Below, in pieces: positions 12,246-23,234 of a stretch of DNA of 64,000 bases. The position numbers and the translations under genes are program-made. The stretch comes from an uncultured delta proteobacterium (GTDB lineage: Bacteria; Desulfobacterota; Desulfuromonadia; Desulfuromonadales; JACZKF01): the NCBI GenBank assembly GCA_963816395.1, contig CAWFKQ010000016.1:224001-288000 (forward strand), in the 5' to 3' direction. The notes beneath the pieces were generated by a model that saw only the letters and a program-made list of their open reading frames with translations, ran no database searches and had not been told where the DNA came from. Numbering within the stretch: position 1 is the stretch's first letter; the number at the start of each line of letters is the position of its first letter.

Positions 12246-13503
12246 TCATTGCCTTATCTGCCCCTCTCCGAGGACGATGAACTTCCGGGTGGTGAGATCC
12301 TCCAGTCCCATCGGACCGAAGGAGTGCAGTTTGGTGGTGGAAATGCCGATCTCCGCTCCCAGCCCGAGCTGGTTGCCGTCGGAAAAGCGGGTGGAGGCAT
12401 TGACCATCACCACGCCGGAGTTCACCTCCTGCAGGAAGCGCTGGGCGTTGCCGTAGTCGCGGGTGACGATCGATTCGGTGTGCAGGGAGCCGTATTTCTG
12501 GATATGAGCGATCGCCTCATCCAGGTCTTCCACGACCTTCACGGCCAGGATCAACTCGAGGTACTCGGCTCCCCAGTCCTCCTCGCTGGCAGGTTTGACC
12601 TGCGGGGCGAATTCGCGGGTGATCGGGCAGCCGCGCAGTTCCACGCCGTGTCCGGTGAGGACCACGGCGATTTGGGGAACGAAAGTCTCGGCAATATCCT
12701 TGTGGATCAGCAGCGTCTCCGCGGCATTGCAGACTCCCGGACGCTGCACCTTGGCATTGACGCAGATCTTCGTCGCCATTTCGTAATCGGCACTGGCATC
12801 GATGAACAGGTGGCAAACCCCCTTGTAATGTTTGATTACCGGAATACGAGAGTTTTCGCTGACGAAACGGATCAGCCCTTCGCCGCCGCGGGGGATGACC
12901 AGGTCGAGCTCATCCTCCAGCTTGAGCAGCTCAAGGACCGCCTGGCGATCGGTGGTGGCGACCACCTGCAGGGCGGCAGCCGGCAGTCCCATCTGTGCCA
13001 GGATCCGTTTCAGCACGCCGCCGATGGCGTTGTTGGAGTGGAAGGCCTCGGAGCCGCCGCGCAGGATGACGGCGTTGCCGCTCTTCAGGCAGAGAGCGGC
13101 GGCATCGGCGGTGACATTGGGGCGTGACTCGAAGATGATGCCGATGACCCCCAGGGGGATGCGCATGCGGCCGACCTGGATGCCGTTGGGCCGGCGCCGC
13201 ATGCCGGTGATCTCACCCACCGGGTCGGGAAGGGCGGCCACTTCCCGCAGGCCGCCGGCCATGGCGCCGATGCGCTGTTCATCGAGGGCCAGGCGATCGA
13301 TCATGGCGGGAGCCAATCCCTTCTCGCGGGCGGCGGTCAGGTCCTTCTCGTTGGCCGCCATCAGGCTTTCAGCATTGTCCTCCAGGGCCTCGGCCATGCG
13401 CAGCAGCAGCTCATCCTTGACTGCCGAGGAGAGGGTAGCCATGATGCGCGAGGCGCTTCTTCGCCTCCCGGGCGAGGTTCAGCATGTCGTTGCGGACCGT
13501 CAT
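12246..13503 (-). CDS. proA: Glutamate-5-semialdehyde dehydrogenase
   Basis: [31 protein letters not shown]; indel near the N-terminus. Confidence 0.97.
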
Positions 13504-13518
13504 GGATAAGCCTCTCAA

Positions 13519-13576
13519 TCTTGAATTTCGGATTCGGTTGAATTTAATTCAAAATTAAGAATTCAGAATCCAAAAT
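13519..13576. repeat. AT-rich heptamer inverted-repeat element (degenerate)
   Basis: TTGAATT... / AATTCAAAATTAAGAATTCAGAATCCAAAAT between proB and proA. Confidence 0.75.
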
Positions 13577-13581
13577 GTCCC

Positions 13582-14703
13582 TTACTTCTTCAACACCAGA
13601 TTGTCCCGGTGCACGATCTCGTCACTGTATTTATAGCCGAGAATATTTTCGATTTCCGAACTCTTCTTCCCCATGATGCGCAGCAGCTCGGAAAGGGAGT
13701 AATTGATCACCCCCTTGGCGAACTCGCCGCCGGTCTGGTCGCACAGACGCACTGCATCCCCCCGGTCGAAACCGCCTTCCACCCCGTTGATCCCCGAGGG
13801 AAGCAGGCTTCTTCCCATGTCCACCAGTGCCCGCTTGGCGCCGTCGTCGACGAACAGTTTGCCGCGCGGCTTTTTGGTAAAGGCGATCCAGTGCTTTCTC
13901 GCCGCCATCCGGTCGGAGGAGGGGAGGAACAGGGTGCCGAGTTCCTCGCCGTCGAAGAGGCGGATGAGAATATCCGGCAGCCGACCGTTGACGATCACCG
14001 CCCCGACGCCGCACAGGACCGCCTTCTTGGCGGCGCGGATCTTGGTGGCCATGCCGCCGGTGCCGAGAGTGTTGACGCTGGCGCCGGCCATCGCCTCGAT
14101 CTCGCCGGTGATCTTCTCCACCAGCGGCACCAGTCTGGCCTGCGGATCCTGCCGGGGATCGCAGTCATAGAGGCCGTCGACGTCGGAGAGGATGATCAGC
14201 AGGTTGGCCTCCACCAGACTGGTGACCATGGCGGAGAGGTTGTCGTTGTCGCCGAAACGGATCTCGTCGACCACCACCGTGTCGTTTTCGTTGATCACCG
14301 GCAAGACCTGATGCTCCAGCAGGGTCATCAGGGTGTTGCGGGCGTTCAGGTAGCGGCGGCGATTGGCCAGGTCGTCGCGGGTGAGCAGGACCTGGGCGAC
14401 GGTGCAGTCGGTGCCGCGAAAGGCGTCTTTATAGGCCCGCATCAGGCGGCTCTGGCCGATGGCGGCCGCCGCCTGCTTGAGCGGGATAGTCCGGGGGCGG
14501 CCAACGATCCCCAAGTCCCCCTTGCCGGCGGCAACGGCCCCGGAAGAGACCAGGACGACCTCATAACCCCGGCGGCGCAGCTCGCTGATGCCGCCGGCGA
14601 GGGAGTCGATAATCGCCAGGTCGAGACCGCGGCCATCGGAAATCACGCCGCTGCCGACCTTGATCACGACCTTGCGAATGTGAGTGAAAATGGTTTTGCG
14701 CAT
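13582..14703 (-). CDS. proB: Glutamate 5-kinase
   Basis: VIKVGS, INENDTV, FGDNDNL, GTGGMATK, PUA domain. Confidence 0.98.
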   Translation of the reverse strand: MRKTIFTHIRKVVIKVGSGVISDGRGLDLAIIDSLAGGISELRRRGYEVVLVSSGAVAAGKGDLGIVGRPRTIPLKQAAAAIGQSRLMRAYKDAFRGTDCTVAQVLLTRDDLANRRRYLNARNTLMTLLEHQVLPVINENDTVVVDEIRFGDNDNLSAMVTSLVEANLLIILSDVDGLYDCDPRQDPQARLVPLVEKITGEIEAMAGASVNTLGTGGMATKIRAAKKAVLCGVGAVIVNGRLPDILIRLFDGEELGTLFLPSSDRMAARKHWIAFTKKPRGKLFVDDGAKRALVDMGRSLLPSGINGVEGGFDRGDAVRLCDQTGGEFAKGVINYSLSELLRIMGKKSSEIENILGYKYSDEIVHRDNLVLKK

Positions 14704-14753
14704 GGCCTTCGGAGTAAGGGAAGTTACGGAAATATCATGAGAAACCGGCGGCC

Positions 14754-14782
14754 ATCTTACGCCGGGCGCCCGGCCTTGTCAA
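14754..14782 (-). promoter_or_regulatory. sigma70 promoter for proB
   Basis: TTGACA-17 bp-TAAGAT. Confidence 0.7.
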
Positions 14783-14785
14783 GGT

Positions 14786-15803
14786 TCATCCCGGCTCCTG
14801 CCGTTGCCGCTCCAGTTCCCGGCTGACCGCCGTCACCAGTTCCGCCACCCCCTCGCCGGTCACCGCCGAGATGGCGAAGACCGGGTAGCCGCGGGCGGTA
14901 AAAGCGGCAAGAATTGCCGGTGCTTGCTCCCGCACCTCGGTGATATCCATCTTGGTCAGCAACCACCAGCTGCGGTTTCTCCCGCAGTTCCGGCTTATGC
15001 CGGGCCAGTTCCCGGTTGATCAGGTCGAAATTGTCCAGGGGGTCGTCCTGCTGCAGGGGAGAGATGTCGACCAGGTGGAGGAACAGGTCGGTGCGCTCCA
15101 CGTGCCGCAGGAAGCGGGTCCCCAGCCCGTGACCCTCGCTGGCGCCGGCGATCAGGCCGGGGATGTCGGCCATCACGAAGGTTTTGTAGCCGCCGTAGCG
15201 CACCACCCCCAGGTTGGGGACGAGGGTAGTGAAAGGATAATCCGCGATTTTCGGACGGGCGGCGGAAACGGCAGCGATCAGGGTCGATTTGCCGGCATTC
15301 GGCGGGCCGACCAGGCCGACGTCGGCGAGCAGCTTCAACTCCAGGCGCAGCCAGCGCTCCTCGCCGGGCAGGCCGGGTTGGGTGTGGCGGGGCGCCCGGT
15401 TGGTGCTGGTGGCGAAGCGGGCGTTGCCGCGCCCCCCCTGCCCCCCCTTGAGGAGCGGGATGCAGGTGTCGGGGTCGGTGAGGTCGGCCAGCAGTTCGCC
15501 GGTCTCCTGATCGTACACCAGGGTACCCGGCGGCACCCGGATGACCAGCGGCTCGCCGCTTTTGCCGTGCATGTTCTTGCCCCGGCCGTGGGCGCCGTTC
15601 GGCGCCCGGTAATGGATCTTGTAACGGAAATCGAGGAGGGTGCCGAGACCGCTGTCGACGGTCAACAGAATGTCGCCGCCGTCGCCGCCGTCGCCGCCGT
15701 CGGGTCCACCCATGGGAATGAACTTTTCCCGGCGGAAAGAAAGGCAGCCGCGCCCGCCGTCCCCGGCTTTGGCGTGAATTTTGACCTCGTCGATGAATTG
15801 CAT
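14786..15803 (-). CDS. obgE: GTPase ObgE/CgtA, indel near the C-terminus
   Basis: [37 protein letters not shown]. Confidence 0.97.
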
Positions 15804-15889
15804 GGGAGAACCGTTAAATCGTCATTTGTTATTGGTCATTCGTCAGCATGGGACAAGTGACCTGACGGATATCCTTTTTTGTTTTTAAC

Positions 15890-15925
15890 AAAAAAGCCCG
15901 AAGTTCAGCGAACCCCGGGCTTTTT
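15890..15925. terminator. Intrinsic terminator after rpmA (bidirectional shape)
   Basis: AAAAAAGCCCG...CGGGCTTTTT hairpin. Confidence 0.75.
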
Positions 15926-15945
15926 CCTTTTTTGGGCTGGCGGAG

Positions 15946-16200
15946 TCAGTCGGCGTAAATACTGACCTTCTTCTTGTCCCTGCCCTTGCGTTCGAAGGTG
16001 ACCACGCCGTCGATCAGGGCAAACAGCGTGTAGTCCTTGCCGCAGCCGACGTTGTTGCCCGGGTGGATGGTGGTGCCGCGCTGGCGGACCAGGATCGAGC
16101 CGGCGGTGACCTTCTGGCCGCCGAAGCGCTTCACGCCGAGGCGTTTACCGGCGCTGTCACGGCCGTTTCTCGAGCTGCCGACGCCTTTTTTGTGAGCCAT
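15946..16200 (-). CDS. rpmA: 50S ribosomal protein L27
   Basis: [16 protein letters not shown]. Confidence 0.99.
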   Translation of the reverse strand: MAHKKGVGSSRNGRDSAGKRLGVKRFGGQKVTAGSILVRQRGTTIHPGNNVGCGKDYTLFALIDGVVTFERKGRDKKKVSIYAD

Positions 16201-16212
16201 GGATCAGTCTCC

Positions 16213-16521
16213 TCAAGCTTCGATGCCTGTAATCTTCAGGCGGGTGATGGGTTGACGGTGTCCGTACAGCTTGCGCGTGGTCTTGCGTCGCCGGGAGTGG
16301 AAGACGAGGACCTTCTTGTCCTTGTCCTGCTCGACGATCTTCGCCTTGACTTTGGCGCCTGGCAATAGAGGCGTTCCGATTTTAACCTCTTCTCCGCCGA
16401 CCATGAGGACCTCGCTCAGCTCGATGGAATCGCCCACCGCGCCCTCGAGCTTTTCGACCTTCAGCAGGTCGCCCTCGGAAACTTTATACTGTTTTCCTCC
16501 GGTCTTGATCACCGCGTACAT
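16213..16521 (-). CDS. rplU: 50S ribosomal protein L21
   Basis: MYAVIKTGGKQYKV...GHRQ. Confidence 0.99.
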   Translation of the reverse strand: MYAVIKTGGKQYKVSEGDLLKVEKLEGAVGDSIELSEVLMVGGEEVKIGTPLLPGAKVKAKIVEQDKDKKVLVFHSRRRKTTRKLYGHRQPITRLKITGIEA

Positions 16522-16566
16522 ATGAATCTCACCTCGCTCTCATCTCTCTATTTTAGACAAGGGGGA

Positions 16567-16595
16567 ACTATAGCCCCGCCACGAATAGTTGTCAA
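16567..16595 (-). promoter_or_regulatory. sigma70 promoter for rplU-rpmA
   Basis: TTGACA-17 bp-TATAGT. Confidence 0.8.
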
Positions 16596-16643
16596 AGGAA
16601 AAATCAGGCCAGAGCAAGTCAGGCCCGCTGACTTTTAACATCG

Positions 16644-18153
16644 CTAGCCGACGACGATCTCGTACTGCTCCAGGTGGAAGCCCGGCCGGGCGGTGACGGC
16701 GATCTGCTTGCCGAAGCGCTGTTCCAGTTCTTCGATGCCGGGCCGTTCCTCATCGAAGAGCAGGGCGGCGATGTCCGGATTCACCTGCAGGGTCAGGCGG
16801 TCGCCGGGCAGGTCGCGGATTTCCCGGCGCAGTTCGCGGAAGATCTCGTAGACCATGGTGGTGCGGCTTTTCACGTACCCCTTCCCCTCGCAGTAGGGGC
16901 ACGGCTCGCAGAGGGTGCGGCCGATGCTTTCGCGCACCCGCTTGCGGGTCATCTCCACCAGCCCCAGTTCGGAGATCTTGAGGATGTTGGTCTTGCTCTT
17001 GTCGCTCTTGAGCGCCTCCTCCAGGGCCGAGTGAACTTTCTCGCGATGCAGCTCCTTCTCCATGTCGATGAAGTCGATGATGATCAGCCCGCCGATGTTG
17101 CGCAGCCGCAGCTGGTAGGCGATCTCCTTCACCGCCTCCAGGTTGGTCTTGAGGATGGTATCCTCCAGGTTGTGCTTGCCGACGAAGCGCCCGGTGTTGA
17201 CGTCGACGGCGGTAAGCGCCTCGGTCTGTTCGATGATGATATAGCCGCCGCTCTTCAGCCAGACCTTGCGTCCCAGGGCGCGGGCGATTTCCACCTCGAG
17301 TCCGAAGGCGTCGAAAATCGGCTCCTCATCGTCGTACTGCTCGATCGCGTACTTGAGCTTGGGCATGAAGGTGCCGATGAAGCGCACGATCTTATCGTGC
17401 TCCTCCAGAGAATCGACGACGATGCGGTCGACCTCCTCGGTAAGGATGTCGCGCAGTACCTTGCTGGTGACGTCGAGGTCGGAATGGATCAGGGACGGGG
17501 CGCCCCGGTTTTCCCGGCGCTTCGCGATCTCCTGCCACAGGCCGATGAGGAAGCCCGTGTCGGCCTGCAGATCCTCCTCGCTCTTCCCCTCGGCGGCGGT
17601 GCGGACGATAAAGCCGGTTCCCCGGGGCCGAATCTGCTCAACGATGTCCCGCAGCCGGGTCTTCTCCTCCTCGTTCTCGATGCGCCGCGAGATTCCCACG
17701 TGATCGACGGTCGGCATCAGCACGAGATGCCGGCCGGGGAGGGAAATGTGGGAGGTGATGCGCGCCCCCTTGGTGCCGATCGGTTCCTTGGCCACCTGTA
17801 CCAGGATTTCCTGCCCTTCCTGCAGCAGGTCCTCGATGGGGGGAAGGGGTGCTTTCTACGGTCTCGTCGCTCGGCGGGGCCGCGTGCCGGTGGTCGCCAT
17901 CGATAAACTGTTCCACCGCCTCCATCTCATCGAGGACATCGGCCACGTAGAGAAAGGCCGCCTTTTCCAGGCCGATATCGACGAAGGCCGCCTGCATGCC
18001 GGGGAGCACCCGGATGACCTTCCCCTTGTAGATGTTGCCCACGATTCCCCGCTCCCGGCTGCGTTCGATATACAGCTCGGCGATGTGGCCGTTCTCCAGC
18101 AGGGCCACCCGGGTCTCGTGGGAGGTCTTGTTGATGACCAGTTCCTTGGTCAT
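16644..18153 (-). CDS. rng: Ribonuclease G (Rne/Rng family), one indel region
   Basis: GNIYKGKV..VLPGMQAAFVDIG, DVNTG, IIDFIDM, CPYC. Confidence 0.95.
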
Positions 18154-18218
18154 AAAACCTCCAAATGATTAATCTATGAAAACGAGAAGCGAAAATTTTG
18201 TCGCCGCGGCGCCGCCGT

Positions 18219-20711
18219 TCAGCCGAAGACCACGCCCGTCTTGCGGATCCGCAGATCGCGCGCCTGGGCGGCGGTGAGACCGAGCAGATGGGCGGCAGTC
18301 AGGACCGGACTGCCGCGCCGCAGGCTCAGCAGCAATGTATTTTCCTCCACCAGGGCATCGACGACACCGGCGCGCAGGTCGATGGTCACCGTCTGCCGTC
18401 CCTTGTCCCTGGTCACGAGGACCGTTTCCCGGGCGAGAAAATCGGCCAGGCGGCGGGCAAGGTCGGCCGGCGCCGCCGGGGGAAGATCGATCCGGTAGAC
18501 GGTTTCCTTTATGGTAACAGAGGGGGAGGGGGTCTGCCAGGGGAGGACCGTCCCCTCCAGTACCCGGAAGCCGGCCGGCAGCTGGGCGTTCAGCGTCTCC
18601 ACCACCTCGCGGCCGGGACAGTGGCGGTTCAGCTCCAGATCGATGATCTCGGTCTCGCTCTCCACCCCGGTGGGCAGGGCGTCGGGAAAGGAAATGCGCG
18701 GCGCCGGGTGGAAGCCGGCGGAGAAGCGCACCGGCAGGCCGGCCCGGCGCACTGCCCGGTGAAAGACGGTCATGAATTCGAGATGGCTGACGAAGCGCGC
18801 CGGACCATCCTTGCGCAGCCGCAGGCGCACCTTGCAACGCTCCTCCTCGGCAGCCGGCGGGACCGGCGCTGCCGCCGGCAGAGGCATTTCCCCGCACTCC
18901 GCCAGGCGCATGCGCACCGCCTCGAAATCGCACACGCCGCAGCCGGTACAGCCGCCGCGGCAGTCGGCAGTGGCGGTGCCGGCCAGGGCACGGCGGCGCT
19001 CGGCCAGAAAGAAGGCCTTCGGCACGCCGCATTCGAGGTGGTCCCAGGGGAGGATTTCATCTTCCGTCCGCTCCCGCAGATAGCCGGCGGGATCGATGCC
19101 GACTTCGTCGAAGGCGGCCTGCCAGCGGGTGAAATCGAAATGGTCGCTCCAGCCGTCGAAGCGGCAGCCGCGGTCGACCGCCACCTCCAGGACCCGTCCA
19201 AGGCGCCGGTCGCCCCGCGCGAAGACGCCTTCGAGAAAGGACAGCTGGGCGTCATGCCATTTGAAGCGCAGCTTTTTCCGCTTCAGCCCCGCTCGCAGGC
19301 GTTCCTGGCGCCGCCGGGTCTCGGCGATGCCGATCTGCGCTTCCCACTGGAAGGGGGTGTGGGCCTTGGGAACGAAAGTGGAGACCGAGACATTGACGTC
19401 GGCGCCCCCTTCCGTCCCTTTGCCGGTGCGCTTTACCCGCGCCGCCAGTTCGATCACCGCATCCAGGTCGTCATCGGTCTCGGTGGGCAGCCCGGTCATG
19501 AAGTAGAGCTTGAGCAGGCGCCAGCCGAGGCTGAAGGCGGCGCCGCTGGCGGCGAGCAGGTCCTCCTCGGTGATCCCCTTGTTGATCACCTGCCGCAGTC
19601 GCTCCGTTCCCGCTTCCGGGGCGAGAGTAAAGCCGGTTTTGCGCACTTTGCGGATTTCCTCCATCAGCTCCGGGGTCAGCGAACCGACTCGCAGGCTGGG
19701 GAGCGAGACCGCTACTTTCTCCTCGGCATGGCGCGCCATGAGTGCTTTGAGCAGCGGCTCCAGGCAGCCGTAATCGCCGGTGGAGAGCGAGAGCAGGGAA
19801 ACCTCCCCGTAACCGCTGCCGGCCAGGGCGCCGTCGACGATCTCCGCCACCTTCTGCGGCGAGCGCTCGCGCACCGGCCGGTAGAGGAATCCCGCCTGGC
19901 AGAACCGGCAGCCGCGGGTGCAGCCGCGGGCGATCTCCACCGTCACCCGATCGTGCACGGTGTTCATGAACGGTACGATGGGGGAAGGCGGAAAGGGGGC
20001 GGTCTCCAGGTCGGCGAGAATGCGCCGGCGCACCCGCTCGTAGCCGGGCTGCAGGGGGCGGAGGGCGGCGATGCGGCCGTCCGGCCGGTAGTCGACAGCG
20101 AACAGGGAAGGCAGGTAGACCCCCTCGATGGCCGCCAGGCGCCGGAGCAGAGCGCTGCGTTTCTCGCCCGCCTTTTTGGCTGCCCGCACCGCTTCCAGCA
20201 CCTCCACCGCCGCCTCTTCGCCGTCGCCGAGGACGGCGGCATCGATGAAATCGGCCAGCGGCTCGGGGTTGAGGGCGCAGGGGCCGCCGACTATCACCAG
20301 CGGGTCGCTTTCGCCGCGCTCCTCCCGGCGGCGCGGGATGCCCGCCAGGTCCAGCATGTTGAGCAGGTTGGAATAGGAGAGTTCGTACTGGAGGGTAAAA
20401 CCGACCACATCGAACCGCCCGAGGGGCCGGTCCGTCTCCAGAGAGGCGAGAGGCTGGCCGGCGGCGCGCAGGTGCTCCTCCAGGTCCGGCCAGGGCGCGA
20501 AGACCCGCTCGGCGGCGGCCCATTCCAGCCCATTCAGTAAATGGTACAGAATGGCGAAACCGAGGTGGCTCATCCCCACCTCGTAAACATCGGGAAAGGC
20601 CAGAGCGAAAGTGACTTCCACCCCCTCGGGGTTTTTGCGGATGCTCCCCAGTTCGCCCCCGAGGTAGCGGGAGGGGCGGTTCACCCAGGGGAGAAATTCC
20701 TCTATGGACAT
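18219..20711 (-). CDS. TIGR03960-type radical SAM protein fused to a DUF2344/TIGR03936-type domain
   Basis: PSRYLGGE, FPDVYEVGMS, RGCTRGCRFC; C-terminal FVSHLE...FSAGFHP.P. Confidence 0.9.
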   Translation of the reverse strand: MSIEEFLPWVNRPSRYLGGELGSIRKNPEGVEVTFALAFPDVYEVGMSHLGFAILYHLLNGLEWAAAERVFAPWPDLEEHLRAAGQPLASLETDRPLGRFDVVGFTLQYELSYSNLLNMLDLAGIPRRREERGESDPLVIVGGPCALNPEPLADFIDAAVLGDGEEAAVEVLEAVRAAKKAGEKRSALLRRLAAIEGVYLPSLFAVDYRPDGRIAALRPLQPGYERVRRRILADLETAPFPPSPIVPFMNTVHDRVTVEIARGCTRGCRFCQAGFLYRPVRERSPQKVAEIVDGALAGSGYGEVSLLSLSTGDYGCLEPLLKALMARHAEEKVAVSLPSLRVGSLTPELMEEIRKVRKTGFTLAPEAGTERLRQVINKGITEEDLLAASGAAFSLGWRLLKLYFMTGLPTETDDDLDAVIELAARVKRTGKGTEGGADVNVSVSTFVPKAHTPFQWEAQIGIAETRRRQERLRAGLKRKKLRFKWHDAQLSFLEGVFARGDRRLGRVLEVAVDRGCRFDGWSDHFDFTRWQAAFDEVGIDPAGYLRERTEDEILPWDHLECGVPKAFFLAERRRALAGTATADCRGGCTGCGVCDFEAVRMRLAECGEMPLPAAAPVPPAAEEERCKVRLRLRKDGPARFVSHLEFMTVFHRAVRRAGLPVRFSAGFHPAPRISFPDALPTGVESETEIIDLELNRHCPGREVVETLNAQLPAGFRVLEGTVLPWQTPSPSVTIKETVYRIDLPPAAPADLARRLADFLARETVLVTRDKGRQTVTIDLRAGVVDALVEENTLLLSLRRGSPVLTAAHLLGLTAAQARDLRIRKTGVVFG

Positions 20712-20879
20712 GCCTTTATCTTCCAATATGGTTTTTCTACAAAACAGAAAAGATAACACAGCAGACGGGAACGGCTCAACACCTTTCCCCGCACCGTTTT
20801 CCGTAGTAGGCTATTACTGACTTGCGGCATCGCCTGTGCTATGCTCTGGCCCACCGATATTCCCTGCAAGGAGTTTCCT

Positions 20880-21602
20880 TTGGAACCGTTCGTCCGTTGT
20901 ACCGCCGACCTGCACGTCCATACCGTCGCTTCCGGGCATGCCTTCAGTACCATCGGCGAGATTGCCCAGGCGGCCGCCGGCAAAGGTCTGCAACTGGTAG
21001 GGCTCACCGATCACGGACCGGCGGTGCCCGGCGCCCCCCATCTCTACCACTTTCAGGCTCTGCGCTTCGTGCCGCCGGTGCTGCATGGGGTGCGCCTGCT
21101 GCGGGGGGTGGAAGCGAATATCGTCGATGGGGGGGAACTTGACCTGCCGGACGCCCTCCTCGAAAAACTCGACCTGGTGCTGGCCGCCTTCCACGAGGAC
21201 TGCGGTTTCGACGACCGGGGTCCAGCGGCGAATACCGAGGCGCTGCTGCGGTTGATGGAAAAGCCGCGGGTGAAGATCATTGCCCATCCGGGCAATCCGA
21301 ACTTCCCCCTCGACTATGAGGCGGTCGCCCGGCGCGGCGCCGAAACCGGCACCGCCCTGGAGATCAACAACGCCTCCTTCTCCATCAGCCGGCGAAACAG
21401 CGCCCCCAATTGCCGGACGATTGCCCGTCTCTGCGCCCGCTTCGGCACGCCGGTGGCGGTGGGGAGCGATGCCCACATCGCCCAGGCGGCCGGCGAGTTC
21501 GCCGACGCCCTGCAGGTCCTGCAGGAAGCTGGCGTGCGGCCGGAGCAGGTGGTCAACCGCTCCCTGGAATCGACCCTGGCTTTTCTCGATCTGGAGGCAT
21601 AG
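20880..21602 (+). CDS. PHP-domain phosphatase (YcdX-like)
   Basis: DLHVHT, TDHGP, GVEAN, AHPGNP, GSDAH; TTG start after AAGGAG. Confidence 0.9.
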   Translation: MEPFVRCTADLHVHTVASGHAFSTIGEIAQAAAGKGLQLVGLTDHGPAVPGAPHLYHFQALRFVPPVLHGVRLLRGVEANIVDGGELDLPDALLEKLDLVLAAFHEDCGFDDRGPAANTEALLRLMEKPRVKIIAHPGNPNFPLDYEAVARRGAETGTALEINNASFSISRRNSAPNCRTIARLCARFGTPVAVGSDAHIAQAAGEFADALQVLQEAGVRPEQVVNRSLESTLAFLDLEA

Positions 21603-21604
21603 CC

Positions 21605-22006
21605 ATGCCCGAGCGCCCAGCGGATGTCGAAGTGCTGCCGCCGGAAACCGGCGCCACCCCGCCGCGGCCTCCGCAGGAGGCGCGCACCTGGGCCATGCTC
21701 TGCCATCTGTCGTCCTACCTCGGCTACGTCTTTCCCTTCGGACATATTCTCGGCCCCCTGGCAGTCTGGCTGTTCAAGGGGGAGAAATTCCCCCTGGTCG
21801 ACGATCAGGGGAAGGAATCCCTCAACTTCCAGCTATCGATCACCATCTACCTGCTGGTCGCCGCCATCTTCATCCTGGTGGTGATCGGCTTTGCCCTGAT
21901 CGCCCTGATCGCCGTCTTTCACTTCATCGTCGTCATCATCGCCGCGGTCCGCGCCAAGGACGGAGAAAAATACCGTTATCCTCTCACCATCCGCTTCGTC
22001 AGATAA
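21605..22006 (+). CDS. DUF4870 family membrane protein
   Basis: WAMLCHLS, GPLAVWL, QGKESLNFQLS, YRYPLTIR. Confidence 0.88.
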   Translation: MPERPADVEVLPPETGATPPRPPQEARTWAMLCHLSSYLGYVFPFGHILGPLAVWLFKGEKFPLVDDQGKESLNFQLSITIYLLVAAIFILVVIGFALIALIAVFHFIVVIIAAVRAKDGEKYRYPLTIRFVR

Positions 22007-22034
22007 CGGCGCATAAACGCCCGGAGAAGACCTG

Positions 22035-22661
22035 ATGGAAAAACTGTTCAGAGGGATCGTCGAATTCCGCCGGGAGGATTTCGAGGGGCATCGGGACCTC
22101 TTCCAGGAGTTGGGGAGGGCCCAGAAGCCGCACACCCTGTTCATCGGCTGCTCCGATTCGCGGGTGGTGCCGAACCTGATCACCCGCACCCACCCGGGCG
22201 AACTCTTCGTGGTCCGCAACATCGGCAACATCGTTCCACCCTACCGGGTCACCGGTGAATTCGTGGCCACCACTTCCGCCGTCGAATACGCGGTTCAGGC
22301 TCTCGGCGTCGACAGCATCGTCGTCTGCGGCCACTCCAACTGCGGCGGCTGCGCCGCCCTGCACGCCGCCCCCGAAGCCCTCGATCACCTTCCCCACGTG
22401 CGCAAATGGCTCGAAGTCTCCCGGGAAGTCCCGGGACGGGTGGCCCGCCGCCTCGGGGAAGACGCCTCCCCCGAGGCGCGCGAGTGGCTGACCGAACAGA
22501 TCAACGTGACCGTGCAGATGCGCAACCTGCTGACCTATCCCTATATCAACGCAAGATACCAGCGGGGCGAGCTCAACATCTACGGCTGGCACTACATCAT
22601 CGAGACCGGGGAGATTTTCAACTACAACCCCGAGACCTCCCTTTTCGAACTGATCTCCTGA
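22035..22661 (+). CDS. Beta-class carbonic anhydrase
   Basis: CSDSRV, RNIGN, GHSNCGG zinc motifs. Confidence 0.95.
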   Translation: MEKLFRGIVEFRREDFEGHRDLFQELGRAQKPHTLFIGCSDSRVVPNLITRTHPGELFVVRNIGNIVPPYRVTGEFVATTSAVEYAVQALGVDSIVVCGHSNCGGCAALHAAPEALDHLPHVRKWLEVSREVPGRVARRLGEDASPEAREWLTEQINVTVQMRNLLTYPYINARYQRGELNIYGWHYIIETGEIFNYNPETSLFELIS

Positions 22662-22825
22662 TCTGATCAGCCCATCGTTGAGTTTCGGAACGGGCCGGCG
22701 GGCGGGTTTTTTCATAACAATGTTATACCATTTTTAGTAAAAAATACCTTGACTCAACCGTCTGGCGTGTTAGATTTCCGCTAGCGAACACATCTGTCCC
22801 GTTTCCCCGCCGATGGAGGCCCGTC

Positions 22826-23008
22826 GTGGAAGATCTGTGGAAGTTGCGTGCAATGGGTTTTCGCCTGGGCGATATGGCTGAACAGGCGGAGTACGACCGA
22901 CTGGTCAAGCGATTCCGGGAGGAAGAGCAGAAAACCAATCTGAACAACCTCCTGTTCGGCGAGAGCCATTTCTCCCCGCCGAAGCCCCGGACAAAACCGC
23001 AGAAGTAG
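22826..23008 (+). CDS. Small hypothetical protein (60 aa)
   Basis: GGAGG RBS 6 nt before GTG; upstream TTGACT-16 bp-TAGATT; sits alone in an intergenic gap. Confidence 0.55.
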   Translation: MEDLWKLRAMGFRLGDMAEQAEYDRLVKRFREEEQKTNLNNLLFGESHFSPPKPRTKPQK

Positions 23009-23196
23009 TCGGGGGGCCGGTTCTCCCCGGCTCCCTCCCTCTCCCGCCACACCCACTCGACTCCAAACTCCCCTCTTCCCTCCTTCCAGCGCCACGGCCT
23101 GCTCGTCGTGGCCGGAAGTGTTTTCCTTTTGCACCCAGGTATCCCAAAAAGGCAGGGACAAAATGCCCCGGTTTTCTCCGGGAGCTGGTCTGATTC

Positions 23197-23225
23197 TTGA
23201 CATTTTTTGAAAGAAAGAATATCAT
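23197..23225 (+). promoter_or_regulatory. sigma70 promoter for the Lrp-family gene
   Basis: TTGACA-17 bp-TATCAT. Confidence 0.75.
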
Positions 23226-23234
23226 TCACAAGAA

